Part shown: piece by piece, positions 1 through 10,610 of the stretch
Layout: each line of letters opens with the position of its first letter
Position numbering within the stretch: the stretch's first letter is position 1
Virus record (IMG/VR): IMGVR_UViG_3300032223_001832
Span: 1-64,000 of that record
Origin: a virus
DNA: 64,000 nt
Strand: one strand, 5' to 3'
Translations under genes and position numbers: made by a program
Notes under the pieces: model-generated
Seen by the model: the letters and a program-made list of their open reading frames with translations, nothing else
Database searches by the model: none
Told to the model about the DNA's origin: nothing

Positions 1-2
1 CT

Positions 3-248
3 AACCCAACAGTAACTGCTGGTGGAGGATACACAACTCCTGCTACCTACACAGGTAACGGTGGTTCTGACCGCTACTCAGCTATCTTCATTGGAGATAA
101 CGCATTCGGTCACGCAATCTCACTTCCAGTCGAACTCCGCGATGGCGGTATCCTCGACTTCGGTCGCGAGCACGCACTTGCTTGGTACTCAATCTTCGGT
201 CTTGGTCTTATCACTGACCAGTCTGTAATCATTGCAGAAACCAACTAA
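3..248 (+). CDS. Major capsid protein, C-terminal fragment (5' truncated)
   Basis: Open frame from nt 3 reads ...YSAIFIGDNAFGHAISLPVELRDGGILDFGREHALAWYSIFGLGLITDQSVIIAETN*, resembling N4-gp56-like capsid C-termini. Followed by a hairpin and head genes. Missing from the ORF track. Confidence 0.85.
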   Translation, partial: NPTVTAGGGYTTPATYTGNGGSDRYSAIFIGDNAFGHAISLPVELRDGGILDFGREHALAWYSIFGLGLITDQSVIIAETN

Positions 249-273
249 TTACAACTAAATAGTAAATGGAGAT

Positions 274-291
274 GGGGGCCGAAAGGCCCCC
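274..291 (+). terminator. Hairpin after capsid gene (terminator-like)
   Basis: GGGGGCC-GAAA-GGCCCCC with no U-tract. Confidence 0.6.
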
Positions 292-330
292 TCTCTACCA
301 CCCCTACTGATATTAAATTGGAGAATATAA

Positions 331-696
331 ATGGCTAAGGCAAAGCCCACTGATGTAACAGGTCGTGTACGTGAGCAGCTTCTTGAAGATAATGCTCAAG
401 CACAGGCAGACCGTGCAAGCGAAATGTCCATGGCAACAGCTCAAGCTCAAATTAAGTTAGAGACAGAAGTTATTGACGCCACTGTCCCAGACCGCCAAAC
501 AGTTATTGTTGATGAGGTCGTAACAGTTGGAAATCCTGCAGACGAATTTGTAGAAATTCGTGTAATCGAGACTATTGAAAATATGACTCTTGGTGCAGGA
601 AATAACTATAATTTTAAAGCTGGACAAAAGTACAAGGTAACAAAAGATGTAGCTCAGCACTTGCGTGAAAAAGGCTATCTAGCTGGAGTTATCTAA
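331..696 (+). CDS. Head-associated hypothetical protein
   Basis: 121 aa, RBS GGAGA, directly after the capsid gene. Confidence 0.7.
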   Translation: MAKAKPTDVTGRVREQLLEDNAQAQADRASEMSMATAQAQIKLETEVIDATVPDRQTVIVDEVVTVGNPADEFVEIRVIETIENMTLGAGNNYNFKAGQKYKVTKDVAQHLREKGYLAGVI

Positions 697-710
697 ACAG
701 TAGCTTGAAG

Positions 711-744
711 AGTGGGCGGGCTTTCGGGCCCGCTTATTCGTTTG
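711..744 (+). terminator. Intrinsic terminator
   Basis: AGTGGGCGGGC-TTTCGG-GCCCGCTTATT stem followed by CGTTT. Confidence 0.6.
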
Positions 745-800
745 TACAGACTTTTTAATAGATTAATGACATGATTTAGTAAGTAACAAAGGAGGCGTAA

Positions 801-1874
801 GTGGCTGCAATTGGAGACCTGCTTTCTAGAGTACGTCTAGAGCTAGGTGACCAGCAGACTCAATTTACGTTTACCTCTGTCGGTGACGGTGTAACAAAGT
901 CCTTTTATCTAGAGGCAAAACCTGTAGAGATTTCTACACTCTACGTAACAATTAATGGAACCGCTGTTCCTTATCGCGATATCGCGCAAGTACCTCAGTA
1001 CAGCCTAGAAGCTAGTACGGGAATTCTTACTTTTGTAACCGCCCCAACCAATAATGCTATAGTCGTTGTTCACGGTACTCAGGACCGTTACTTCCTTGAC
1101 TCAGAGCTAACTGGGTTTATTAACACTGCTGTCACTCAGCACTCATACAACCGCACAGATGCGTTTGGTAGTGCAATTACTATGCTTTCAATTCCACCTG
1201 TTGAAGAGTACCCACTAGCCATTCTTGCTTCTATTGAGGCTCTTTGGGTTCTTGCTACCGACTCAGCATTTGATATCAATATCTCTGCGCCAGACGGGGT
1301 AGTAATCCCCCGTAATCAGCGTTACCAACAGCTTACTGGAATTATCGCTCAGCGTTGGGACCAGTACCACCAACTTTGCTCAGCTCTAAACATCGGACTT
1401 AACCGCTTAGAGATGGGTACGCTTCGTCGTGTATCTCGTCTTACAAACAAGCTTGTTCCTATCTACATGGCTCAAGAAATTGACGATAGCCGCAAGCCAG
1501 AGCGCGTTTATATTCAGAACGACCTTCTTGGACGTACCCCTCTTCCAGAATACTCTGGCGTGTACGACATCCAAGTAACCCAAGGCGATTCTTGGAGCCA
1601 GCAATTTAACTTCCCATTCGACGTTACTGGCCTTGACTTTAAAGCTCAAATCAGAACTTATCCAAATGCACCTTCGCTGTACGCCACATTTACCATCAGC
1701 AAGATAGACCCAGCAAACGGTCTCATTCAGCTCACTTTGGACCCATCTGCTACAGCATACTTACCTACACGTGCTTTTTGGGACCTTCAAGCTACTCAAC
1801 CAGGAAACGACGCTTTTGAGCAAACCTACATTAAGGGGCAAGTATTCGTGCAGCAGCAGGTGACCCTTGACTAA
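801..1874 (+). CDS. Head-tail adaptor-like virion protein with C-terminal BppU-like domain
   Basis: GGAGG RBS. N-terminal 'LLSRVRLELGD' adaptor-like start. C-terminal 'DIQVTQGDSW..F..AQIR..WDLQ..TYIKG' Ig-like domain. Confidence 0.6.
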   Translation: MAAIGDLLSRVRLELGDQQTQFTFTSVGDGVTKSFYLEAKPVEISTLYVTINGTAVPYRDIAQVPQYSLEASTGILTFVTAPTNNAIVVVHGTQDRYFLDSELTGFINTAVTQHSYNRTDAFGSAITMLSIPPVEEYPLAILASIEALWVLATDSAFDINISAPDGVVIPRNQRYQQLTGIIAQRWDQYHQLCSALNIGLNRLEMGTLRRVSRLTNKLVPIYMAQEIDDSRKPERVYIQNDLLGRTPLPEYSGVYDIQVTQGDSWSQQFNFPFDVTGLDFKAQIRTYPNAPSLYATFTISKIDPANGLIQLTLDPSATAYLPTRAFWDLQATQPGNDAFEQTYIKGQVFVQQQVTLD

Positions 1875-2169
1875 CGTATATCCTCAAACACAGCCCGTAA
1901 TTGTTACGGTCAATCCCACAACCCCACCCCCTGTTAATGTCACAACCATTACCGCGGGAGCCATCAATCAACCCATCGTTGCATACCATCACGTCCAAGG
2001 AGTTGTCTCCAAGGACTGGGTCATACCTCATAATTTAGGTTGGTACCCTAACGTTACAGTTCAAGATTCCACTGGTACCATGGTGGAAGGCGAAATCACG
2101 TATACAAACCCGAAAACCCTTACGGTCCACTTCTCATCAGCCTTTAGCGGTAACGCCTACCTTTCATAA
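1867..2169 (+). CDS. Small virion structural protein
   Basis: 'WVIPHNLGWYPNVTVQD...FSGNAYLS' domain typical of phage fibre-associated proteins. Confidence 0.7.
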   Translation: MTNVYPQTQPVIVTVNPTTPPPVNVTTITAGAINQPIVAYHHVQGVVSKDWVIPHNLGWYPNVTVQDSTGTMVEGEITYTNPKTLTVHFSSAFSGNAYLS

Positions 2170-2180
2170 GGAGATAGTGA

Positions 2181-3551
2181 ATGTCACGTAGTTTTCTAAC
2201 GCCGATTAACCTTAATCAGCTTGAGCTTCAGAATGCCCGAATTCAAAATCTGTCTACAACACAGATTAACGCAATCGGCTCACCTGTATCAGGTCAGGTC
2301 GTATATGACAATGTAGTAAACCAACTTAAGGTTTACGAAGGTTCTGGCTGGGCACCTGTCGGTGGAGTTGCTACTGGTTCTGGCGCGCCTTCATACACAC
2401 CACAGTCAACAGGTTCCCTTTACCTTGATTTAACCAACAACGTTGTTTACGTTTCTAACGGAACTTCGTCTTCTGCAAACTGGGTTTACTCACAACCTCG
2501 CGGTACAGCAGGAGATATTGCTAACTTAGGTCTTGCAAACGCGGGTGGAACTTCAGTACGAGTAGCTAATGCTGACCACGTACACCGCCACATTGATGCG
2601 GACCACTCAGGAATTCACCTTAACGCCCTTGCTACTGCAACTGGCGATTACTCAATGGGAACATACAAGATTACAAGTCTTGCTGACCCAGTTAACGCTC
2701 AAGATGCAGCAACTAAGAACTACGTTGATGGTGTTGCACAAGGCTTAAACGTACACGACGAAGTACAAGTTGCTACTACAACTAATCTTGTTGCTACATA
2801 TACAGCTGGTGGAGCAGATGCTTCTCAGGGAACTGGTATTGGTGCAACTCTTACTCTTACAGCAACTGGTGCTCTTACAATTGATGGCGTCACTGTTGTA
2901 CTTAACGACCGCATCCTTGTAAAGAACCAAACTACTGCTCTTCAAAACGGTATCTATAAAGTAACAACAGCTGGTGCTTCAGGCGTCTCTGCAGTTCTTA
3001 CTCGTGCAACAGATTCAGATAACCACATTCCTGGTCAAGTAACTGCGGGTGACTTCGTATTCATTGTAACTGGTACAACCTACGCTACAACAGGTTGGAC
3101 CCAGTCAAACCAGGGTACAGCTACAACACCGCCTAGGGGAATTAAGATTGGCACAGACGCCATCAACTTCTCTCAGTTCTCTGGTGTTGGTACTTGGACA
3201 AACGCTACTAATGGCGCCCTTACTTTCAGCGGAACTACTATCGCTGTTGCCCCTGGCCTTGGTATCACAACCACAGCTCAAGGAGCAGCAGGAGCTGCTA
3301 CTACTAACCAAGTAGCAATCAATACTGACGTAGTAGTACGCAAGTACGCCACAACTATTGGTGACGGCTCATCTACCTCTATTACTGTAACTCATGCCCT
3401 TAATACGCGTGACGTTACTGTAGGCGTTTTTGATGCCGCAACTTACGCTGAAGTCACGTGCGATGTCACACACACAACAGTGAACACTCTTACTTTGACG
3501 TTCTCACTTGCCCCATCTTCTAACTCGTACAGAGTGGTTGTACACGGATAA
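2181..3551 (+). CDS. Fibre-like virion structural protein
   Basis: G/T/A-rich. 'DPVNAQDAATKNYVD' and 'DRILVKNQT...NGIY' fibre motifs. Confidence 0.75.
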   Translation: MSRSFLTPINLNQLELQNARIQNLSTTQINAIGSPVSGQVVYDNVVNQLKVYEGSGWAPVGGVATGSGAPSYTPQSTGSLYLDLTNNVVYVSNGTSSSANWVYSQPRGTAGDIANLGLANAGGTSVRVANADHVHRHIDADHSGIHLNALATATGDYSMGTYKITSLADPVNAQDAATKNYVDGVAQGLNVHDEVQVATTTNLVATYTAGGADASQGTGIGATLTLTATGALTIDGVTVVLNDRILVKNQTTALQNGIYKVTTAGASGVSAVLTRATDSDNHIPGQVTAGDFVFIVTGTTYATTGWTQSNQGTATTPPRGIKIGTDAINFSQFSGVGTWTNATNGALTFSGTTIAVAPGLGITTTAQGAAGAATTNQVAINTDVVVRKYATTIGDGSSTSITVTHALNTRDVTVGVFDAATYAEVTCDVTHTTVNTLTLTFSLAPSSNSYRVVVHG

Positions 3552-3754
3552 TGAGTCGTCAGAGCTTAACCCCTGTAAACATACCTGCTCTTCCAGCTAA
3601 CCCGACGACCCCTACGCCGCGAGCTGGAGACATGTACTACAACACAGGTATTAACTCTATGTTTTATTACAATGGAACTACGTGGCAGGTTTTCGCCTCT
3701 GGTACTGGAAACTCTGCCCCTGATATATCTAATTTTGGATGGTGGTCTGAGTAA
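3551..3754 (+). CDS. Small structural protein
   Basis: TAATG coupling. 'GDMYYNT...FYYNGTTW' fibre-type repeat. Confidence 0.65.
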   Translation: MSRQSLTPVNIPALPANPTTPTPRAGDMYYNTGINSMFYYNGTTWQVFASGTGNSAPDISNFGWWSE

Positions 3755-4089
3755 TGGGCGCGATAGTTGAAGATTTTGGAGACCACTACGTCTCCTCCGC
3801 AACTGACTACACGAACGGCTACGGGATAGCCTATGCTGATGTCGGTTATCTGGTAGACGTTATTGCAACAAATCTTTCTGGTGATGACGGCGTTATCTAT
3901 ATTTACGTAAAGCACATAGGAGACACTGTCTACACCCAGTATTCTTGGATTTGCTACAACTTACCTTTGCCAAGTCAGAATTCTTATACAACCCCTAAGT
4001 TTGCTATTAACTTAGGAGATACCCTGTACGTCGCTGGCTCCGCTGGCATTAGCTTCCATGCTCAGGGCATGGACCAAATAGTCGCCTAG
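3754..4089 (+). CDS. Putative virion structural protein
   Basis: Translationally coupled. Beta-rich, 'LNLGDTLYV'-like C-terminus. Confidence 0.6.
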   Translation: MGAIVEDFGDHYVSSATDYTNGYGIAYADVGYLVDVIATNLSGDDGVIYIYVKHIGDTVYTQYSWICYNLPLPSQNSYTTPKFAINLGDTLYVAGSAGISFHAQGMDQIVA

Positions 4090-4097
4090 GAGGATAA

Positions 4098-4505
4098 ATG
4101 GCACAAGGATACGCATACCCTGTAGGCGCGACTGCCACCAGCGGCACAGCTAAGACGGTCACCGTTTCTATCTCCTCTGCAAACACGGCTGTTACGGTGT
4201 TTACCGCTACTAAGAAAACATCTGTTAACTCAGTTCTGGTCACCAATAATGACTATGGCATCTTGCCTGTAAAGCTGTATATAAATAACTTAGAGATTAA
4301 CTCTGTTCGTGTTTTAAAGACAAAGTACGCAGTACTACCATTGACCGCAACTGACACCCGTATCGGTGACCCAGCTGACCCAACACATGACCGTAACAAG
4401 GTCAACACAGAGTTTATCCTCCAAACTGGAGATGTGCTAAAGGCTGTTTGCCCTATAGCAAACGCAGTAAACGTGACTGTGACTATGTCAGAAGGGGTTA
4501 AGTAA
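4098..4505 (+). CDS. Putative virion structural protein
   Basis: GGAGGA RBS. Same beta-sandwich type as the upstream gene ('LQTGDVLKA'). Confidence 0.6.
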   Translation: MAQGYAYPVGATATSGTAKTVTVSISSANTAVTVFTATKKTSVNSVLVTNNDYGILPVKLYINNLEINSVRVLKTKYAVLPLTATDTRIGDPADPTHDRNKVNTEFILQTGDVLKAVCPIANAVNVTVTMSEGVK

Positions 4506-5083
4506 TGATTGTAACTCAAACCTTCAACTTTCAGTTTCTTGTAGGCGGAGCTTACACAGTAGATGGGGTAAACAACGGCCCTATCACCTTGCAAAGAGGC
4601 CTTACTTATAAGTTTCAAATAGACGCCGTAGGTCACCCGCTTTACATTCAAACTACTGGAAACGGCTATGTCTCAGGTAACGTCTGGCAGTCTGGCGTTA
4701 GTGGGAACGGCACAGAGTCAGGCACTCTCACCTTTACTGTACCTGCGGACGCTCCAGATACCCTTTACTATCAGTGTCTTTACCACCCAATCATGTTTGG
4801 TCGCATAACGATTGTTGACTCCTCTGTGGGTCAAAGCTTTATGACGGTTGACCCTTATTCTGACACCCTTGAGGACTTAGTAGACAAAGTTTTTTATGGC
4901 GTTAAGCAGGATATCCAGACTGGCGCTGCTTCTATAGATACTATTGCTGGTGACGCAACAGTTCGTTTGCCTGACCAGTACTCTTTAACAGGAAACGATT
5001 ATATTAACTGGATGTGGAGCTATAATAGGTTCTTGTACAGTTATGACCCTACGACAGGACACCTTTTGATGGAGGTATTGTAA
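4505..5083 (+). CDS. Virion protein with cupredoxin-like domain
   Basis: 'GHPLYI' and 'YYQCLYHPIMFG' supply the H...C-x2-H-x2-M type-1 copper ligand pattern. Confidence 0.65.
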   Translation: MIVTQTFNFQFLVGGAYTVDGVNNGPITLQRGLTYKFQIDAVGHPLYIQTTGNGYVSGNVWQSGVSGNGTESGTLTFTVPADAPDTLYYQCLYHPIMFGRITIVDSSVGQSFMTVDPYSDTLEDLVDKVFYGVKQDIQTGAASIDTIAGDATVRLPDQYSLTGNDYINWMWSYNRFLYSYDPTTGHLLMEVL

Positions 5084-5084
5084 A

Positions 5085-8000
5085 ATGGCCCAGATTCTAG
5101 ACCTAGGCAAGATTCGCTTTAACTGGGCGGGTACCTATAGCTCAGGCACCTCTTACTCTTACAACGACCTTGTTAAGTACGGCCCTAACTTATACGCGTA
5201 TGTTGCTACTGCAGCTTCTGCTGGAACTGTGCCAACAGATACCTCAAAGTGGGTAAGTGTTACTCAGGGTGTTCAGTACCGCGGAGTTTATACCAACAGC
5301 ACTAAGTACTACGTAAACGATATTGTTTTTGACGGCACGAGCACATGGATTGTAGTAACAGAGCACACATCAGTAAGCAGCGGAGCAACAACTTCATCTA
5401 ACGCTTACGTGCAAATGATTGCCCTTGGACAGCCTGGCCTTCCAACACAAACAAACAACGTTAATAAAGTATTAACTACAGACGGAAACAATCCTTCATG
5501 GACTGGTTCTATCAAGATGAACAAGTCTTACTTTGGTGTTACTCAAGGCACAGGCGCTTACACATTTGAATCTAGCGCAGCACTTACAGACTCTGTTTCA
5601 GTGTTCACCGCTTCATCATCTAACTTTGTTCAGCTTCCTGTTGCAAACGTCTCTAACGGAGCTAACGCTTCTACAGACTTTATCGCCTACACAGCAGACG
5701 GAACTAACGACTCTGGCTGGGTTGATATGGGTATCACTAGCAACAACTTCTCAGCTGCTACCTTTGGTATTACTGGTCCACATGACGGTTATATCTTTAT
5801 GTCTGCGCCTCGTATTGCGCCTAAGAACGTTACAGCTGCAAAAGTTATCGGAAGCGTAGCAACTCTTACAACAGATACTACCCACGGTTACACAGTAGGT
5901 AACGTTGTTAAAATTGAAGGCGTAGCTGATGGCGGTGGAACAGGTCTTACAAACGGACTTGTAACCGTAACAGCGGTAACCTCAACTACATTCTCATATG
6001 CAACAACAGTGACACCGTTTGCTCAGGTTAACTTGTCTCCATTTGGAACAACATACAAGCCTAAGGGTAACGGTAACTTAGTATTCGCAACAGACCGTAC
6101 AGGTCTTTCAAACTCAATCGTTTTTGCTGCTGGTGGGTACGATTCTGGTACAACCCAGATGTCAATTACACCTAACCAGACCGTAAACGTTGCAATCACA
6201 ACAGCGTCTACTTCAGCTACTACAGGCGCTCTTACAGTATCTGGCGGTGCTGGTATCACTGGTGACTTGTGGACAAACGGAACTACACATATTGGTGGCG
6301 TGTTCTACGCAGGTAACAACACTGCTGGTGCATGGGCTGCCTCTAACCTTCTTACAGGTATCGCTGGTGTTGTCGAAGTTACATCTTCATCTAACAGTTA
6401 TGGACAAATTGCGTTCCACAACCGCGATGCTTCTTCATCCGTAGACTTTATTGCTTACCCAGATAACGGTAACGATAGCCACGGCTGGATTGACATGGGT
6501 ATGACTGGTTCTACATTCAACCAGTCTACATACGGAATCACAGGCCCTAACGACGGCTACCTCTTTGTAGATGCTCCAGTTGGAAGTACAGGTTACGGAA
6601 ACCTTGTACTTGCTACAGGTAGCCAAGGTACCCGTAACCGCATCGTATTCGCTGCTGGTGGTTTTGCTTCTGGCCATACTCAGATGGAAATTGTTCCTGA
6701 CACAGCAGTTAAGATTAACATTGCTACTGCTTCTACTTCCGCTACAACAGGTGCGCTTGTTGTTACAGGCGGTGTAGGTATCACAGGTGACGTTAACATC
6801 GCTGGTAACATCACATTCGGTGGAACAGGAACTAACGTTTCTACAGCTAACTTGGCTGTTAACGCTCCGCTTGTCTTTACTGGTTCTGGCTCAATTGTTT
6901 CTACAAATGACTTGGGTATTGTTACTGAAGGTAAGTACTCAGTAACTAACATCCCTGTTCAAACTGTAATTAACAAGGCGATTACAAACAACGTAGCAAC
7001 CTTGACAACCCTTCTCCCACACGCTTTTGTCACAGGAGATTCAGTTGTCGTAGCTAATATCGACGCCACATTTAACGGAACCTACACAGTTGCTTCAACA
7101 CCTTCTACAACAACATTTACATATGCTAAGACTAATGCTAACGTTGCGTCAACAGCTATCGGACCTGTTGCATACACAGTAACTGTTAAGGCACTTTCTT
7201 CTAACGTAGCAACCCTTACCACTTCAGTAGCCCACGCTCTTACAGTCGGTACTCAGGTATTCGTTGCTGGTGTTGATTCTACATTCAACGGTCAATGGGC
7301 AGTAACAGCAATTACCTCTAACACCTTTAGTTATGCGGTTACTGCGTCTAACGTATCAAGCACATCTGCTACAGGTACAGCCACTTACTACACATCAGTT
7401 TCAACGGCTTCTGTAGGAGCTGCTACACGTACTCGTTGGTCTGCTTGGACTAAGAAGGCTGCGGATGGTATTTGGAACCTTGTTACAAATATCAGCACAC
7501 TTCCAACCACATCTATTAACTATAACCAAAATACCTACCTAACAAGCAATCCAAACGCTACTCCAGATATTGCTTATGACCAGGTTAAGCTTGGTGGTAT
7601 TACCATTCAAGGTTCTGGCGCCAGCTACGGAGCACCTTACGGTTCTCTTGTCTTTACTGGAAATATCACATCTCCAGCATGGACTACAACTGGTCTCCGC
7701 CACATCGGTTCAAGCGCTTCAACCCTAACTGATACATCTTCTTCAGGTACAGTTGCAGCGGCTTACACCAACACCTTTGGTTCTAACGTAACTGTTGCAG
7801 CTTCTTCTGCAACAACATACACAGACTATGCAAACGCATACTTTGGCGGAACTACAGCTGGTACTAACGTAACCATCACTAACAACTGGTCAATCTTGAC
7901 TGCAGGTGCGGTAAAGGTCGGTGGAGCTCTCAGCGTAGTTGGTAACACAACTCTAACAGGAACTCTTCAGGCTAACAGCAACGTAGCTGTTGGAAGCAAC

Positions 8001-8654
8001 GTCTTCACAGTAGCCTCTGCTACAGGTAACACTGCTATCTCAGGTACTTTGACTGCAACAGGCCTTGCCACACTAAACGGTGGTATCGCAGGTGGTTCTT
8101 CAGCCAACATCACCATCAACACTAACAAGTTTACAGTTGATGCTACAACAGGTAACACTGCGGTTGCAGGTACTTTTGGAGCGTCAGGTAACACGACTGT
8201 TGGTGGAACTCTTAGCGTAACAGGCTTGGCATCCTTCCCAGGTGGTATCAGCGTAACTGGTACAGAGCGCTTTACTGGTCGCTTTGACGTTCAGGAAATG
8301 CGTGAAGACATCTCTAACGTTACTTTGTCTTCAGGTACGTTAACAGTTGACTACTCAGTAGCTAACGTTTACTACAGCGCAACCGCCCCTTCAGCGGCGT
8401 TTACAATCAACCTTACTAACGTCCCAACAGATAACGATAAAGCTATCTCTATCTCAGTTATTCAAGTTCAGGGTGCAACAGGTTACATCCCAAGCACATT
8501 CCAGATTGATGGCGCAAGCCAGACAATCAAGTGGGCTGGTGGCTCTGCTCCTTCACCTACCTCTACATCGGGTAAGCTTGATATCTTCAACTTCTCACTG
8601 CTACGTACAGGTAGCGCTTGGATTGTTCTCGGCTCAGCTAACCTGAACTACTAA
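5085..8654 (+). CDS. Long tail fibre / large virion fibre protein
   Basis: 1189 aa, T/G/S/A-rich. Duplicated 'DFIAY.D.G.D..GW.DMG' domain and repeated 'STSATTGAL.V.GG.GI.GD' fibre motifs. Confidence 0.8.
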   Translation: MAQILDLGKIRFNWAGTYSSGTSYSYNDLVKYGPNLYAYVATAASAGTVPTDTSKWVSVTQGVQYRGVYTNSTKYYVNDIVFDGTSTWIVVTEHTSVSSGATTSSNAYVQMIALGQPGLPTQTNNVNKVLTTDGNNPSWTGSIKMNKSYFGVTQGTGAYTFESSAALTDSVSVFTASSSNFVQLPVANVSNGANASTDFIAYTADGTNDSGWVDMGITSNNFSAATFGITGPHDGYIFMSAPRIAPKNVTAAKVIGSVATLTTDTTHGYTVGNVVKIEGVADGGGTGLTNGLVTVTAVTSTTFSYATTVTPFAQVNLSPFGTTYKPKGNGNLVFATDRTGLSNSIVFAAGGYDSGTTQMSITPNQTVNVAITTASTSATTGALTVSGGAGITGDLWTNGTTHIGGVFYAGNNTAGAWAASNLLTGIAGVVEVTSSSNSYGQIAFHNRDASSSVDFIAYPDNGNDSHGWIDMGMTGSTFNQSTYGITGPNDGYLFVDAPVGSTGYGNLVLATGSQGTRNRIVFAAGGFASGHTQMEIVPDTAVKINIATASTSATTGALVVTGGVGITGDVNIAGNITFGGTGTNVSTANLAVNAPLVFTGSGSIVSTNDLGIVTEGKYSVTNIPVQTVINKAITNNVATLTTLLPHAFVTGDSVVVANIDATFNGTYTVASTPSTTTFTYAKTNANVASTAIGPVAYTVTVKALSSNVATLTTSVAHALTVGTQVFVAGVDSTFNGQWAVTAITSNTFSYAVTASNVSSTSATGTATYYTSVSTASVGAATRTRWSAWTKKAADGIWNLVTNISTLPTTSINYNQNTYLTSNPNATPDIAYDQVKLGGITIQGSGASYGAPYGSLVFTGNITSPAWTTTGLRHIGSSASTLTDTSSSGTVAAAYTNTFGSNVTVAASSATTYTDYANAYFGGTTAGTNVTITNNWSILTAGAVKVGGALSVVGNTTLTGTLQANSNVAVGSNVFTVASATGNTAISGTLTATGLATLNGGIAGGSSANITINTNKFTVDATTGNTAVAGTFGASGNTTVGGTLSVTGLASFPGGISVTGTERFTGRFDVQEMREDISNVTLSSGTLTVDYSVANVYYSATAPSAAFTINLTNVPTDNDKAISISVIQVQGATGYIPSTFQIDGASQTIKWAGGSAPSPTSTSGKLDIFNFSLLRTGSAWIVLGSANLNY

Positions 8655-8672
8655 TTAAAAGGAGAATAGCAA

Positions 8673-9644
8673 GTGCCATTCTTCGCTTCAGAACGCTACA
8701 TAGGCGGTCTTCTTGGTCGTGGCGGTGGTATTAAGCCGTACCTAAACCGACAAGTAATTACTCGCGGCTACCTTGCTGCTGGGTATAAATCTTCTGTAAC
8801 TTGGAAGAACGTTGGGTATGTTGACGCATCCAATGACACTTGGACAAGCCTTGGTGATTTACTAGGTTCTGGCGGCGGCTATGTTGGTGGTAACCACGAT
8901 TTAAACATCCACTATGTGTGGGGTACCTCAGCTACTATTCAAACTAATACAGCCAACTACTCTAAGTACAACATGCGTACGCACGTAGGTACTGGTGACG
9001 CAACTGGCCCAAATACTTGGATGGATGCCGAAGGTATTCAAGACAATAACCTTTTAACAGGTGGCGCTAATAAGTTCTGGGTTGTGTCTAGCGGTGCTAC
9101 TGTTATTTCACGCTATGACACATCCAGCAACACCTTCTCTTCAGGATTAACCACAGGTTACGCTTCAGCAAACTTTACTGCTTACCATTATGGAGAACAG
9201 TGGGGATATTGGTGGGGAGCTGCTCCAGACACTACAGCATCTAACCGCCTTAAGTTTGTTTACTCTACTGAAACCCAATCTACTCCATCTAACTCTCCTG
9301 CCTCAGAAGCTACTCAAAAGGGTTGGTCATCTAAGCTAGGGTACGGTTACGGTGGAAACACTGGCCAAATTACAGCTCGTAAATGGAGTTATGCTACAGA
9401 GTCTGTGTCATCAACTGTTAACAAGCCTATTACCTCTGTAACCGTTCAAGAAGAGAACTTTGATATGGGTCAAGACCACAACTACATGCTAGGCATGTAC
9501 GACGGCACTAACGGTGTTCAAAACAACAGAGCGTGGCGTTGGAACTATGCTACAGACTCTGGTTTTGAAGGCAGCTCAAGTATGCAACCTTCTGCTTCTG
9601 GTATTGCTGGACGTTCATCTGGCGATTGCGCTTGGAGAAACTAA
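8673..9644 (+). CDS. Beta-propeller-like virion protein, paralog 1
   Basis: Kelch-like 'GY.AAGY' repeats; clear similarity to the next gene. Confidence 0.6.
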   Translation: MPFFASERYIGGLLGRGGGIKPYLNRQVITRGYLAAGYKSSVTWKNVGYVDASNDTWTSLGDLLGSGGGYVGGNHDLNIHYVWGTSATIQTNTANYSKYNMRTHVGTGDATGPNTWMDAEGIQDNNLLTGGANKFWVVSSGATVISRYDTSSNTFSSGLTTGYASANFTAYHYGEQWGYWWGAAPDTTASNRLKFVYSTETQSTPSNSPASEATQKGWSSKLGYGYGGNTGQITARKWSYATESVSSTVNKPITSVTVQEENFDMGQDHNYMLGMYDGTNGVQNNRAWRWNYATDSGFEGSSSMQPSASGIAGRSSGDCAWRN

Positions 9645-10601
9645 ATGCCATATTTTAACTTAACAAGCCACGGTGGCGGCACAGGTATTATCGGCGGACG
9701 TGCTCCAGGACTTAAGCCTTTTCTTACACGACAGATTATTGCTCGTGGTTACGTTGCTGGTGGTTACGCTAACAGCAGCCCTTGGACTGACGTAAGCTCA
9801 ATCAATGCCTCTACAGACGTGGCAGGTAGCCATGGAAACCTTTTAGGTTCAGCTGGCGGATATATTGGCGGAGGTTGCAGCCTTACTACAGGTTACGCTT
9901 TTGGTTCGGGCGGTATGGGTAACTACTCAACAGCTTCTCGTTTTAACATGGTAACAAAGACTGGTCAGTCTGATATGTCCATGCCTTACACAGTAGGTGA
10001 CTGCGAATCTATTCAGGACAATGCCCCAGGCACAGGTGGCGCTAGAGGCCTTTGGATTAACGGTAACTCCTCAAGCGGCGGCATGAAGCTTACAGTCGCT
10101 ACTGATACTTATTCTGGTTTTAGCACTTCTCTTTCTCAAGCAGGAACAGGCGCAAGCTCCCACATGACTGAGCTCTGGGGTATTTGGTGGGACGATAACG
10201 CCACTAACCGTAAGTTTGTATTTGCTACTGAAACTGAATCAGCCAACGGTGGTGCAGCAGGTTTTTATGGTCAACAAAAAGGAATCTCAACCAAACTTGG
10301 CAAAGGTTACGCTGGTAACGAAGGTAGCTATAATGCAGGCAACAACCTTCGTATTTGGAACTACGTAACTGAATCTCTAAGCGGAACTGTTGGTAAGCCT
10401 ATCGGTAACTCTGGTGAAGAGAACTTTGACATGGGACAAGACCACCAATATATGCTCGGAATGTACAACGGCGCACAAAATAACCGCGCTTGGCGCTTAA
10501 ACTATTCAACAGATTCAGGATACGAACTTGGAACTTCTGGGCAACCATCCGCTCCTGGTTCAGGACGCTCTTCAGGTGGATGTTCTTGGTGCTCTGTTTA
10601 A
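9645..10601 (+). CDS. Beta-propeller-like virion protein, paralog 2
   Basis: Shares 'EENFDMGQDH.YMLGMY', 'QNNRAWR.NY.TDSG' and 'GRSSG.C.W' with 8673..9644. Confidence 0.6.
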   Translation: MPYFNLTSHGGGTGIIGGRAPGLKPFLTRQIIARGYVAGGYANSSPWTDVSSINASTDVAGSHGNLLGSAGGYIGGGCSLTTGYAFGSGGMGNYSTASRFNMVTKTGQSDMSMPYTVGDCESIQDNAPGTGGARGLWINGNSSSGGMKLTVATDTYSGFSTSLSQAGTGASSHMTELWGIWWDDNATNRKFVFATETESANGGAAGFYGQQKGISTKLGKGYAGNEGSYNAGNNLRIWNYVTESLSGTVGKPIGNSGEENFDMGQDHQYMLGMYNGAQNNRAWRLNYSTDSGYELGTSGQPSAPGSGRSSGGCSWCSV

Positions 10602-10610
10602 TGCTAAACT
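10602..10610 (+). promoter_or_regulatory. Extended -10 promoter for the accessory cassette
   Basis: TG-C-TAAACT just after the stop codon at 10601. The same TGnTAnnnT pattern occurs at 32040, 45769, 49025 and 53992. Confidence 0.45.

Noticed and set aside
22-228. 68-aa ORF in the track
   Set aside because: Out-of-frame shadow of the capsid C-terminus read from nt 3.
8673-10601. Diversity-generating retroelement (TR/VR pair) between the paralogs
   Set aside because: No reverse transcriptase in the window. Both copies are intact ORFs and the differences are not adenine-specific.
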